A DNA stretch of 64,000 nucleotides from the NCBI GenBank assembly GCA_963733375.1, contig CAVTDB010000003.1, positions 256,001 through 320,000 of the forward strand, in the 5' to 3' direction. How positions within the stretch are numbered: position 1 is the stretch's first letter; the number at the start of each line of letters is the position of its first letter. The notes beneath the pieces are model-generated. The model saw only the letters and a list, made by a program, of their open reading frames with translations, was not told the origin of the DNA and searched no databases. Below, one piece after another: positions 20,758 through 32,306 of this stretch. This DNA is from Nitrospirota bacterium (GTDB taxonomy: Bacteria > Nitrospirota > JACRHJ01). The translations under genes and the position numbers were made by a program.

Positions 20758-21137
20758 GATTACCTCATTTGTTTTCCTGCTCTTAATAGCCCTTCCTGTT
20801 TTCCGCCCCAACCCATCATTCCTTAACGCCAATCAATATATAAATGGCTCATGCGCCGAATTTTATCGGGTATCAAAAAACGGCCATTTTTACCGGTTTT
20901 GACGCTATTTCTGGGGGTCCGGGAGGGGTTTTGGAGGCATCGTTTTTAAAAGGGAGTTGCGCCATTTTACCTTTATTTAACAAACAGATACGCCTCTAAA
21001 AACGTCCATTTTCAGGGTGCGTGGAAACACCGTTTCCGTTTTTGCAACCGGCTGATTTTAAACGAATTTTTTTCCGGCCTCGACGGACTTTCCGGCAGCC
21101 GCATCCCTTTAATCAAAGATTATTTATTTGAGCGAAT

Positions 21138-21907
21138 TTAAGTACCCGCCCAAATTACTGGACCAACCCCTGCACGATAAAGGGCCTTACCGGGTTTCTC
21201 CAGGAGTTGGAGCGGATGGTCAGCACCTCCTGGAAATTGCCTTTCTGGATCTTGGGAGCTATCGTCACATCCATTGTTCTTGATTTCGCCGGGTTTGACC
21301 GTCACGGCGGTCTTCGTCGTCTGGCCGCTTTCCGCCTTCACGCCGTCGATATCGGCCTGTATGCCCGGGGTGGCGTCTATCTGGTTTATTACGAGGTCCA
21401 TCTGCCCGGGATTTGAAATTGTTATGCTCCTCTGCGCGCTGCCCCCCGGCGGGAACCTGAATGTTTGCAAGCATATAGACGGAGAGGGCGATGTCCGGGC
21501 GCAGGCTTGGCCTTTACATTTGCGCTAAGAATAAGGCTGACATTTCCGGTTTTCACGTCGTTTGTCTGGACGTTTATGAACTTCCGGATCTGGCCGCTGG
21601 CGTTTCGCGAGTTATAGATCGCCTGGACAGTCGCGGTCTTGCCGGGGGCTATGATCTTGGAGCTTAAGTTTGCTATGGTGCAGCCGCAGGTCGGCCTTAC
21701 ATCGTAAATGATAAGGTCGGCATCGCCCGCGTTTTTTATGGTGAATGTGGCATTCGCCTTTACGCCTTCGTCAATCGTCCCCAGGTTAACCGTCGCGGGC
21801 GTTATCTCGACTTTGGGCATGGCCTGCCCGGCGGTCGCGGTCGCACAGAACGAAATTGTTAAAAATAAGGCCGCAACCGCGCAAATCAATGCCGCTTTCT
21901 CTCTCAT
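21138..21907 (-). CDS. DUF1573 Ig-like exported protein (frameshifted)
   Basis: Signal peptide; LGTI…F.IKN.G..L.I..V.PTCGCT…I.PG; second Ig-like repeat in ORF 21138..21470. Confidence 0.75.
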
Positions 21908-21963
21908 GCCTAAACCCTCCTGGTTATTGTTACCCGGCCATAACGCACGGATTAAAATTATGA

Positions 21964-23342
21964 TTACAGCAGCCCGAACTTCTTCATACGCCTGCGGAAA
22001 GCGTCTCTCTGCACCCCCAGCAGGTCGGCCGCCTTGCTCTGGTTTCCGCCGGCTGCCGCAAGCGCCTGCTTTACGAGCTCCTCCTCGACCTTCTCGAGGG
22101 ACATCCCCTCCGTCGGGATATTTATGGAGGAAGCGGCCGATGAAGCGGCTGGCAGCATCCCGCCGACAAGCTCCACGGGCAGATGTTCGAGCAGGAGGAT
22201 ATCCTCGCTATTCGAGTATCATTGCGCGTTCTATGACATTTTTAAGCTCGCGGACGTTGCCCGGCCAGTCATAGCGGATAAGGAATTCCCTAGCCTTTTC
22301 CGATATCTCCTTGACGTTTTTTCGGAATTCCAGATTAAAAGTCTCAATGAAATGCCTTGCCAGGGGGAGTATATCCTCCTTGCGCTCCCTCAAGGGGGGG
22401 AGGTATATGGGCACAACCTGGAGGCGGTAGTACAGGTCCTTCCTGAACTTGTTCTCCATCATCAGGGTCTTTATTTCCTGGTTGGTGGCCGATATGATCC
22501 GGACGTCCACCTGTATGTCCTTCACGCCGCCGACCCTTTTAAAAGTCTTGTCCTCCAGTATCCTGAGGAGCTTGGCCTGCATCGGGTAGGGCATGTCCCC
22601 TATCTCGTCCAGGAAGACCGAACCGCCGTCCGCCAGTTCCAGAAGGCCCTTTTTCTGCGCCTTCGCATCGGTGAAGGCGCCTTTTTCGTGCCCTAACAGC
22701 TCCGACTCCAGGAGGTTCTCCGGGAGCGCGGCGCAGTTGATTGCCATGAACGGCTTTGTCCGCGCGGGAGCTGCCTGCATGGACCGCCCTGGCCACCAGC
22801 TCCTTTCCCGGTGCCGGACTCGCCCTGGATAAGGACGGTGCTGGCGTCGGACTGGGCTATCTTCTGGATCATGTCCAGGACGCCCTGGATGGCCCGGCTC
22901 TTGCCGATGATGTTATAGGAGCGGGCAGTGGTTCTTCTGCTGTTCCTTTAAGAGCTTTACCTCTTCCCGGAGCGAGACGGTCTCCAGCGCCTTATTTATG
23001 GTCAGCGTTATCTCGTCTAAGTTAAACGGCTTGCTGATATAGTCGTACGCGCCCAGTTTCATCGCCTTCACGGCGGTCTCCGAGCAGGCCGTGCGCCGTA
23101 ATCATTATGACGATGGTCTCTTTGTCTATCTCCTTTATCCTGCCCAGGACCTCAATCCCCTGGATGCCCGGGAGCTGGTTGTCCAGCAGCACCAGGTTCG
23201 GCATCAGGTCCGCTACCATCTGAAGGGCTTTTTCTCCATCCTCCGCGGTGTATACCTCATACCCCTCATGCCCTAGGTGCTGCTCCAATGTCCACCTGAT
23301 GAGGTGCTCGTCATCGACTACCAGTATCTTGGCTTTTTCCAT
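21964..23342 (-). CDS. sigma54-dependent response regulator (REC-AAA-HTH), frameshifted
   Basis: ILVVDDE…LLD REC domain; [40 protein letters not shown]; GNQSKAA..LG HTH. Confidence 0.88.
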
Positions 23343-23359
23343 TCCAGATCCCTCTTGCG

Positions 23360-24915
23360 TTAAACTGTCGGCGCCGTCATCCTGTCCTTTGCCAGCGGCA
23401 GATAAATCGTAAAGGCGGTCCACTTCCCGGGTTCCGAGTCGACGGTAATCCCGCCTCCATGCTGTTCTATTATCTTCTGGGTTATGGCCAGGCCAAGGCC
23501 AGTCCCCTGCTGCCTCGTAGTGAAGAAGGGGTTGAATATCTTCACCATGTTCTCCGGCAGGATCCCTTTCCCGGAATCGGTTATCCTGATCGTTATGGCG
23601 TCGGTACGGGCATCCGATGCCATAAAAGGTTCTCCGTCTTCCGCGGGGCCTACTTTGTGCATTATCGGGGCGGCGATCGAACTGATGCTCGTCTCCACCC
23701 GTAACTCTCCCCCTCCCGGCATGGCCTGGACGCCGTTCAGGATTATATTCAGAAAAACCTGCTGGAGGAGTTCCGGGTCGCCCAAAACTTCCGAGACTTC
23801 CGGCAGAATAGTCCTTGCGCACGGTGACCTGGTTCTTCGAGAACTGCGGAGAGAGGAAGGCGATTATCTTCTCCAGGAGCGCGTTTATCCTTACCTCGGT
23901 CAGGTTCGGCGCGGGCGGACGGGCGAAGGAGAGCAGGTTTTTAACTGCCTTGTCCAGCCGGTCTATCTGCTCCAGGACCTCTTTTATTATTTTGTGCCTG
24001 TCGTCTTCCGGCGGGATGCCCCTGCCGAGGATCTGTATCACCCCCGCTATCCCGGTGAGAGGGTTCTTTATCTCGTGCGCTATGCCCGCCGCCATCTCGC
24101 CGACGGTAGCCAGCCTGTCCGCCCTCTTCATCTGCTCGTAGTGGAGCTTCTCCACTTTTTTCTTTGTCTTGTTCAGTTTTATAAGCATCGAGTTAAAGCT
24201 ATGGGCAAGCCTCCCAAGCTCGTCTTCGGATATCACCTTCGCCCGGACGTCAAGACCCTCCTCGGCCTTCGCCATCGTATTCGTCAGGTCTCTTATGGGA
24301 TTCGTGACTAATTTGGAAAGGAGAGTGGACAACGCCAGCGCAAGGAGGGCCGTTATGGCCACCGCCCATATTATCATCGTCTTCCTGAGCCTTCCCACGT
24401 GCTGCTGCATCTCGGCCAGTGAGACGTCCACCTCCAGCACGCCGTTAATCCTTTGGCCGGCAGTATGGCAGCGGAAGCATTCCGGGTGATTTAATATGGG
24501 ACGGAGGTTCCGCAGGATTACATCCCCGAACTCGTTTTTATCCTGGATTATGATGTTCGACTGGTCCTCTATCTGCATGGCGGAGAAGTCGAGGTTCTCG
24601 CGTCATGCCTATCTCTGCCGCCCTTGACGACCGGAGTATGATGCCGCCGACGCCAAGGACCCTGATGGCGTGTATCTTGTTATGCGTCCCCACCATCTCC
24701 ACTATCCTCTGCACGTCCTGGCTGCGGCCTTCCAGCATGGCGGTACTGAGGGAGCGCTCGATAGTATTGGCGAGGATGGTAAGTTTATCCTCCGTCAGCT
24801 TCCTGAGCTCCATTATCTGAAGGTCGATAATAACCCAGGTGCCGAGGCCAATGGCTACGATGAGGATGGCGACCATGAAGACGATTATCTTCGTCCTAAG
24901 GCTCTTATAAAACAT
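23360..24915 (-). CDS. Membrane sensor histidine kinase with periplasmic CxxCH heme motif and HAMP domain (frameshifted)
   Basis: ECFRCH before TM2; DELGRL HAMP; AHEIKNPL H-box; QVFLNIILNGVQA, DSGKGI, PFFTT and GTGLGL. Confidence 0.88.
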
Positions 24916-24956
24916 TTAATACCCTCGTATAACTAAGGACATGTAAAAGAGTTCCA

Positions 24957-25722
24957 TCACTTAAAAGCCGCCCGCGCCCGCGCTGGAGCCGGTGTCGCCT
25001 CGGTCCGCTGGAGGTCGTTCCGCCGGCGGGGGCCGGTCCACCCGCTGGGGCCGGTCCGCGTCCGCCGGTCGGAATCACGACGTTTGCGCCGGGTGCGGGT
25101 GCGTTCGGGTCGTAATCGAACAGCCATTCGGAATAGCGCGCCTTGCGGCCCGCACCGGAAATATTTGTGAACTTTATATCCTCCAGGTCGAAGTTGTCCT
25201 TCTTCAGAGGTTCCGCATCGCTTACGCTGTGCACCCCCCCGATATGGTTCGCCAGACTCGACAGTGCCGCCCGCTGATGTTACTGCCGCCGGGCGGCGGC
25301 GGGGGATCCAGCGCCCAGTCGGCCTTTCCCGGTCATGGGGTCGGTATATATCTTCCTCAGGTACCTTATCGTGTTCCAAGCTCCGGGGTCTTCAGGAGGT
25401 CGCCCAGGTGAGGTCGGATAATGGTTCGCGTTCCGGGCCTGTGGCCGGCCGCAGCCTGACCCTTCTGCCTGGCCTGATAATATCGGTTTATCGCCAGGCG
25501 GAACTGATGCCCGCGCCAGAGCAGTTCCTTCTCTTTCTCCCTTTTCGCGGCAATCTTCCAGGACTGCCCCACGACGGCTGAGGTTATCCCAATGATCATA
25601 ATGATCACCAGCATCCCCATATAAGTGAAACCGGCCCTGCCCGACAGGGGGCGAAATATGGATTTTATACCCGCCAGCCTCCTGCCCCCCGGCCCATTTT
25701 CCTGGCCCTTACCATTCCGCAT
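24957..25722 (-). CDS. Minor pseudopilin, PulG-like (frameshifted)
   Basis: GFTYMGMLV type III signal; KREKEKELLWRG; YSEWLF. Confidence 0.7.
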
Positions 25723-26109
25723 AAGCTCTTACCGTTCAGCCCTGTTTTGTCGCTCCCGCTGTGGACGTCGCAAATACCGCCGGAAGTCTCCCCGGAGGAA
25801 CTGTCGTCGCTCGTGAAATATTCAGGACGCCAGTCTTTCGTCCCGGTGATCGGGTCGGGCGGGATGGAACGCATGTAGCCTTTTGTCACAAGGTCGTCAA
25901 GCGAGTCCGGGTACTTCCCGTTGTCGGCGTAGTACTGGTCCAGGACGTTCCGGAGGTTGAAGAGGTCCTCCTTCAACGCGGCCTCCTTGGACTTCAGGAC
26001 GAGCCGTCTTGAACATGGGCTGGGCGAGCGTCGCGAGTATGCCTATTATCGCGATGACTATCATCAGCTCCAGCAGGGTAAAGCCTTTTTTTTCTTTTAA
26101 AACATTCAT
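25709..26109 (-). CDS. Pseudopilin, OxpG/GspG-like (frameshifted)
   Basis: KKGFTLLELMIVIAIIGIL; DQYYADNGKYPDSLDDLV…DPIT. Confidence 0.8.
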
Positions 26110-26117
26110 CTTCACCT

Positions 26118-26643
26118 TTACCAGTCTTTGTATTTCGTCCCGTCCAGCGCGGTCCCGTCGGAAAGCGAGTAAACGTCGAACACGTCCTGTCCGCCCCATA
26201 CGGTGCTGTCCGGGTCGTCCGCGTTGCTCCTCATGCCCCATTCAGCTTTTCCGGTCATCGGGTCCACCGGGATTTTCCGCAGAAGCCTTATCTTCGCCGG
26301 AAGCTGCGGAACGCTGGAACCGGTGGTGGTTATCGCGACTGTGGCCACGGGCACAAGCGTCTGCAGCTTGGTCAGTTCTCCGAGGGTAGGAGGATACCCC
26401 GTAGGCGCTGCTTGCCCCCAGGTTGAATTCGGCATTCACCGTTGAAATCCTGCCGTCGTCATGGAGCTTCTTATATGCATCGATGGCGTCCCGCATCTCC
26501 CGGAGGTCAGCCCGGAGTTCCGCCTCTTTTGTGCGCTTTACGGATATGCGGTAAATCGGCATCGCCACCGACGCCAGAATCGACATCACGACCATCACGA
26601 CGACGAGTTCGGTCAGCGTGATGCCTTTTGTATTATTTAACAT
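26118..26643 (-). CDS. Pseudopilin, GspG/PulG-like (frameshifted)
   Basis: KGITLTELVVV; KEAELR…AIDAYK; LRKIPVDPMTG…DVFDVYS…DGTKYKDW. Confidence 0.8.
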
Positions 26644-29252
26644 ACAACGTGCCCGTCTTCAGATCCGCGGGGACTGTAGCATGGTTTACATCTTTCAAGT
26701 CGTTCTGCTTGAAGACCAGCGGGCTGATGCCGGGGGCCACGCCCTTAAAGGTCAGCGAGAAAAGCCTTCCGGAGCCCGCTACCCCCGGGACGCCCCCCAC
26801 CCTGGTCAGCATGACGTCTATCAGCCCGATCTTTTCGTTAGCCGTAGCCATGAAGGAGGTCGGTTTCTTGTCCACGTTCATGTAATTGCCCTCTTCCGCC
26901 TTAACAAACTTTACGAGCTTCGGGTTATAGATAATCGAGAGCGGCGCCTCGAATACCGAGTCTAAATCCGTCGCCATCACGTCCACGGTTATCTCCTGGC
27001 CCACATTGACCGGGATGACCTCCGGCGCGAACGAGAGTGTGCCCACCCGGCCAATCTTGCCGGGCGTGGGCATGGCGGCCGCATTTTCGCCAGTCCCGGC
27101 TGGCGGGGTTACCGGCTGCGCTGGCTCCCGGCTGCAGCTGGCGCTCCCGGCTGTACTGGCGTTCCCGGCTGTGCTGGCGCTCCCGGCTGTGCTGGCGCTA
27201 CCGGCTGTACTGGTGCTCCCGGCGCGGGCGCTGCCCGGCTGCAGCGGGTTGAACGGTTGCGCCCGGAGCGGGCATTACCGCGACGGGCCCGGCCGGCGCC
27301 GCCGGAGCCGGCGCCTGCGCGGCTTCGCCTTCGGGCGCGGCTTCAGTTTCCGGAGTCGAGAGGTTTGCCTTTTTCTCCTCGAACAGCGGCTTCGTATCGT
27401 ACGCCTCTTCCGTCCCGGACCAGAAGGAAGTATCCTGTGTCCCCGGAACCTCCAGCGGCCGGATTATGTGCGGCGTGAGCGTCATTACCAGCTCGCGCTT
27501 GGAGTTCGGGCCGACGACATTGCTTGAGAATAGCTTGCCCAGGATGGGTACGTCCATCAGCCCCGCGATTCCGCTGGCCGATGTGCCGTCAACGTTCTCC
27601 AGCAGGCCGCCGATTATGACGGTCTCGCCGTCTTTCAGGCTCAGGGTGGTCTCGGCGGTGGTGGTGTTGAAGGTCGGCTCGCTCAGGCCGCCTACGCTTA
27701 TGCTGGCGCCCAGAGAACTGACTTCCAGCGTCGTCTTCAGCTTCACGTCGTCGCCAAGTCCTATATCCGGCTCGACGGTGAGCTTGATGCCGATGTCCTT
27801 GTACTCGAAGGTGCTGACCGCGCCCACTACCGCGCTCCCGACCGCCGTGCTGGTCTGGACGGGTATCCTGCTTGCCGATAAGTATCTTCGCGGGCTTGTT
27901 GTTCAGCGTCCTTATCTGCGGGTTGGTAAGGGTCTCGGCATTGGCCAGCTGTCTCACTCACATGGCAGTGGCACGAGGGATAGCTGAAGACGAGGTTCTT
28001 GCCAAAGCTGTGCAGAGCGTCTTTCAGTCCCGGTATATCGTTGCATTAGCGTCAGTGCCACCTAACCAGTTCGTTGTCACCGAAGTCGGTATCGAGGCGG
28101 CGTCGTGACGGTATTACCGTTGGTGTCCGTTGATGGTGGAACTCGCGGTTAAACTGCTCAGGCCGCCCGGCAAAATCGTGCCCGTAACCGACGTGGGCCA
28201 GGCAATCCCGTAGTCTGTCTCGTCCGGCCCCTTGTCCACGGACATCACCTTGAAACGTCTATGATGACCTCGGAGTCTTGCCGGTCGTTCGCCGCGATAA
28301 GCTTCTCGGCTAACTTCAGCTTGTCGGGGGTCTCCCGGAGCGTAATGGAATTCAGGGTTTCGTTTATTATTATCTTCCTCGTCTCCAGCATCGTGCGCAG
28401 GATGTTCACCATGTCCTTCGCCTGGATATGGGAGAGGTAGAAGGTCCTGATCATCAGGTCCTGGTACTGGTCCAGCTTCGACTTTGTCTTGGGTATTATT
28501 ATTATCGCGTCTTTTGCTATCTTTTTCATAAACATCTTGTTCGTGGCGAGCAGCAGGTTCAGCGCCTGCTTGAACGAGACATCCTTGGCGAAGACGGTAA
28601 CGGGCTGGTCCTTCACGTCTTCGTCGAACAGGATGCTTATGCCGGAAATCTTCGAGAGAAATTCAAAGACCTCCTTGAGCTTCGCGTCCTTAAACGATAG
28701 CGTAATCGGCTCGTTCGATGCCAGGTCGAGCTCGTCGATTTCCTCCGCTTGCGCCTTCTGCTTCGTTATCCTCTCCACATACTCCGCGGCGAGCTTGTTC
28801 TTCGGGTCCAGCTCAAGAGCTTTGTTAAACTGGTTCAGCGCCTCGTTGGGCCTTCCCGCGGCGAGGTAGCTTTTGCCCGATGCGAGGGTCTCCTCGACAT
28901 CCTTAAGCTTCCGGGCCTTTTCTATGAGAATGCGCGCCTTGTCGTTGTTCGGGTCGTAGATATTCGCCTGCTGGGCCTCGTATATCGCGGCTTCGGGGTT
29001 CTTCTCCTGCAGGTAACGGGCGGCCCGGTCGATATGGTTTAACGCCGCCTGGTTCTGGACCTTGGTCAGCCGGGTAAGATAATCGACATTTTCCGGGTCC
29101 TGCTGCAATGCCTGCCGGTAAAACGACACCGCCCGGTCCAGGTCTCCATTCAAGGCGGATTTTTCTCCCTTCTTGAAAGCGACGTCTCCGGCACAGCCCG
29201 CGAGGACTACGCATATGAGGAGCGCCGCGCAAAACCTGACGAGATTGAACAT
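26633..29252 (-). CDS. gspD: T2SS secretin (lipoprotein, TPR, secretin, Pro-rich linker, cohesin-like C-terminus), frameshifted
   Basis: Lipobox VLAGC after ATG 29252; TPRs; YKDIGIKLTVEP, LKDGETVIIGGL, GLMDVPILGKLF; Ig-like tail at 26633..27073. Confidence 0.85.
27138..27223. repeat. 18-bp tandem repeat encoding a QPGAPA/V linker in the secretin
   Basis: CTGGCGCTCCCGGCTGTR, about 5 units. Confidence 0.85.
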
Positions 29253-29260
29253 GTTCCCCC

Positions 29261-30135
29261 TTTCAGGAATAAGGCTAAAATATCGTCCCATCCTTGTCGA
29301 AAAATTATTCAAAGGATCAGGCAATGCCCCCTGCGCGCTGCCGGGCTGGGCGGCCATGCCCTGAGGTCTCGGCATGTTCCCGGACTGGCCATGCCCTGAG
29401 GTCTCGGCACGTTCCCGGGCTGGCACATAGTTCCCGCCCGGAGGCCCCGGCGGCCTTCCCCCGTACGGATTTGGATAGCGCTGCGGCATTCCGCCCCCTG
29501 CTCCCATCCCCCCAAATCCGGGAGAAGGGACGATTTTGGAAGAGGCATCCCTGGTGAAATCCGTGTTGAGTTTTACCGCGATGCCCGTCTTCCTGTCGGA
29601 TACGGTCAGCGAGTCCTTAGCCACGTCCGTGAGATAATATTGCTTCGTTATGTTATCCCCTTTGGCCACTACATAATTTTCCGGGCCCAGGGATAAAAAG
29701 ACGTCCATCCTCCCCTTCCTTTTCAGGAAACCCAGGACCTTGAGCTTATTCATCTCCTCGCGCGCGTTCTCCATGTCTATCTCCGCCTGAGACTTCGGCG
29801 GCGGAGGCGGCGGAAGCGCCTTAAGCGGAGTTACCGTAACCGTGTTCCCCCCTGCCCCTCGTTTTCGCGGCGCGTTTCGGCAGGGACGGCTTTTCATATA
29901 CCGGGTTGAATATGTTCTTCGACGCCAGGTAGCCCTCCTTCGGCTTCCCCAGCAGGTCAAGGTCCACTTTAATGGCCGTCTTCGGCATTCCCGCCCGGGC
30001 GGCTTTTTTGTCCGCGGCGCGGACGGGGGCCGGAGCGTTTTTCGCCGGGCCGGAAGACATCAATTTAGTAATAATCAATATCCCCGCCAGGACGGCCAGC
30101 ACTGCTATAAGTACAGTCGTTCTTTTATCTTTCAT
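29261..30135 (-). CDS. PulP-like T2SS accessory protein (frameshifted; 3' end approximate)
   Basis: N-terminal TM, KNIFNP, Pro-rich tract, KVLGFL…VFLS…VVAKGD; lies between the pilO-like gene and the secretin. Confidence 0.6.
29352..29424. repeat. Tandem ~35-bp duplication in the PulP-like tail
   Basis: GGCCATGCCCTGAGGTCTCGGCAYGTTCCCGG twice. Confidence 0.8.
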
Positions 30136-30689
30136 CAGGATCTCGCGTAGGTGGTAAGACCGAGGGTAACCGCTATCTCCCCCGTTCCCTCGTTACTGTC
30201 AAGGCCCAGATCGTCTATATTCAAAAACAAGGAAGAGCTCTCCATGTCGTGGATGAACTTCCTGACGTCTTTGTACCTTCCGGTGACGGGCATGGAGAAA
30301 GATATCTGCACTATGTCTTCCTCCTGGTTGTGCGCCACCTCTTTCTTCATGGCGGAGATGGTATCGCTTTTCACCCCGTCTTCCTTTGCCATTTTAAAGA
30401 CCTCCCTGAGTATCCCCGTATAATCGGATTTTGCCGGGAGCATCTTCTTGAAGGTCTCCAGCTGTTCTTTCCCGCGGCCGAACGAGGCGTAAAGCCGGTA
30501 CTGGTCCTGCTTTGCCTTCATGGACCGCCTGTTATCCTGAAGCCTTGTCTCCAGGCCGGACGCCTTGAGCGAGGCCGGCTTCGTCCTGAACAGGTAAAAG
30601 CCGCCATTCGCCAGAAGCAGGCCGGTCAGAAGCAGCGTCAGAAGCTGCGCCTTCCGGTTTTTTATCAAAAGTTCAACCAAAGCCTTCAC
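30135..30689 (-). CDS. PilO/GspM-like protein
   Basis: TM plus coiled coil; VTGRYKDVRKFIHDME. Confidence 0.75.
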   Translation of the reverse strand: MKALVELLIKNRKAQLLTLLLTGLLLANGGFYLFRTKPASLKASGLETRLQDNRRSMKAKQDQYRLYASFGRGKEQLETFKKMLPAKSDYTGILREVFKMAKEDGVKSDTISAMKKEVAHNQEEDIVQISFSMPVTGRYKDVRKFIHDMESSSLFLNIDDLGLDSNEGTGEIAVTLGLTTYARS

Positions 30690-31319
30690 TGCGCCCCTCC
30701 CTTAAGCTCCGTAGATTTGTAAGGGCTTTTTGAGGAGCGCGTCCCGTCCGGGTTATATTTTATTATCAGGTTGAATTTCTGCACCGTCATCCCGATATCC
30801 TTGTCCACCACCACTGAAGAGGTATGGAAGTCGGGCGGTATCTCCTCGAAGTATTTGGATTTCGTAAGCCGTTCCACGAACTCCATCAACTGGTTCGACG
30901 AAAGCGACGTGCCGGAGATATTCATTTCGAGCGTCTGAAAATCCGGCTTTACATCGGTTATCCCCACCCCGTCCGGCACTACCTCCTCAAGCCGGTTCAG
31001 GAACGCCGTCCACGAAAAGACTCTCCTGGCAATGGCGTTGTTGGCGAAATCCGCCTCCTTAAGCGCCGCTTTTACATCCGCCGTGCCGCCCACCTCTTTT
31101 TTAATCTGGGCCAGTTTCTGAGTCCATCTCGGAAGCTATCCTCTGCTGCAACGCCAGCTGCGCTGAAAAAGAGCGGACCTTCTGGACCGAATTCCTGTAC
31201 TCGCCGTAATTATAGGCGAAGAGCAGGACCGCCGCCGCGATTGCGACGGCAAGCGCCAGATAAGCCTTCCTTAACAGCTGGTATTCTCTTGAAGCGAAAT
31301 TTATTTCTATACGCATCAT
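30686..31319 (-). CDS. PilN/GspL-like protein (frameshift near 31100)
   Basis: IEINFAS, TM, RRVFSWTAFLNRLEEVVPDGV. Confidence 0.75.
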
Positions 31320-31356
31320 TTAATTTCTTTGGTAATTTCTTTGGTAATTTATCTGG

Positions 31357-32304
31357 TTAGATCTCCGAGGCCGCGCCGCAGGCGGCCGAGAAACAGGCGG
31401 ACATGCCCGGAACGGCACCCTGCCGCACCGCGCTCTTCAGTGAAAGCATCCGCGCGTCTATCCCCGATTTCGCGCCGGCCTCCTCCGCCAGGCTCTCTAT
31501 CCCTCCGGCGTCCCCGGAGAGATATACGGTCTTGATGGACGAGGAGGAAAAGTTTTCCCTGTAATAGACAAGCGACGCGTTCAGTTCCCGGAGCACCCGG
31601 ATAATGTCCATGCGGCCGTTTTCCGAAGACTCATCCAGCTTCCCCAGGTCCTTCAGCCTCATAAAATGCGGAGAGCCTTCGTGGAATATTATTACCGAGA
31701 GCTTGCCGGCCGCCAGGTTCATGACGGCGAAATTGGCATCCTCGCCCAATTCCTTAAGGACATTGGCCCGGAAGAGGTTCCACACCGAAAAAGAGGCTAA
31801 TCCAAGCCGCTCCGCGTTAACGCCAGCCTCCGCGAGCGCCGCCCGGTACTGCGAGAGTATCTCCGTTTTTATTATCGAGGCAAGATAACGGTGCTGCTCC
31901 TTTTCGCTTGCCTGAAATTTCCCAAGGTACTGCCACCGAAGCGTCGCCAGGTCGATCTCGAACGGCAGTATTTTTTTCAGCCGCCACCGCAGCATCTGTT
32001 CCGTTTCGTTCACTTTCGGGGCGGAATCGAAATCCAGTACCTGCACCCTCGCCACGTAGTCCGGGAGCGTGACAGACAGCCGGGTCCCGCGCGTGTTCCC
32101 ATCCAGAAGGCCCCGGACTCTCGCCGCGAACTCCGGGATGTCCGAGATGTTCGGCTCCGTGAACGAGTCCTGCAGAAGTCCCGCCGGAAGCGGCGCTTCC
32201 TGTAGCCACTGGACCTCGAACTCCCCGCGGTTTTTTTTGAGTTTCGCGGCCCTGAGGGCCCTCTGGCCTATCTCAAGACCCAGATTTTTCCTGAAAGAAA
32301 ACAT
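31357..32304 (-). CDS. PilM-like cytoplasmic actin-fold protein
   Basis: LGLEIG…VTLPD…VYLSG; lies between the ATPase and pilN. Confidence 0.75.
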   Translation of the reverse strand: MFSFRKNLGLEIGQRALRAAKLKKNRGEFEVQWLQEAPLPAGLLQDSFTEPNISDIPEFAARVRGLLDGNTRGTRLSVTLPDYVARVQVLDFDSAPKVNETEQMLRWRLKKILPFEIDLATLRWQYLGKFQASEKEQHRYLASIIKTEILSQYRAALAEAGVNAERLGLASFSVWNLFRANVLKELGEDANFAVMNLAAGKLSVIIFHEGSPHFMRLKDLGKLDESSENGRMDIIRVLRELNASLVYYRENFSSSSIKTVYLSGDAGGIESLAEEAGAKSGIDARMLSLKSAVRQGAVPGMSACFSAACGAASEI

Positions 32305-32306
32305 CT

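Noticed and set aside
21039-21054. IS-like terminus TTTTTGCAACCGGCTG
   Set aside because: No matching opposite end or transposase remnant was found; at most a relic.
28245-29960. Apparent 571-aa PulP-secretin fusion ORF
   Set aside because: An internal RBS, ATG and lipobox sit at 29252, and the internal duplication has a 35-bp period (probably 36 with a lost base). Read-through is likely an indel artefact.
31320-31356. 12-bp tandem repeat TAATTTCTTTGG between pilM and pilN
   Set aside because: Only 2-3 short units; consistent with simple slippage, with no evidence of function.
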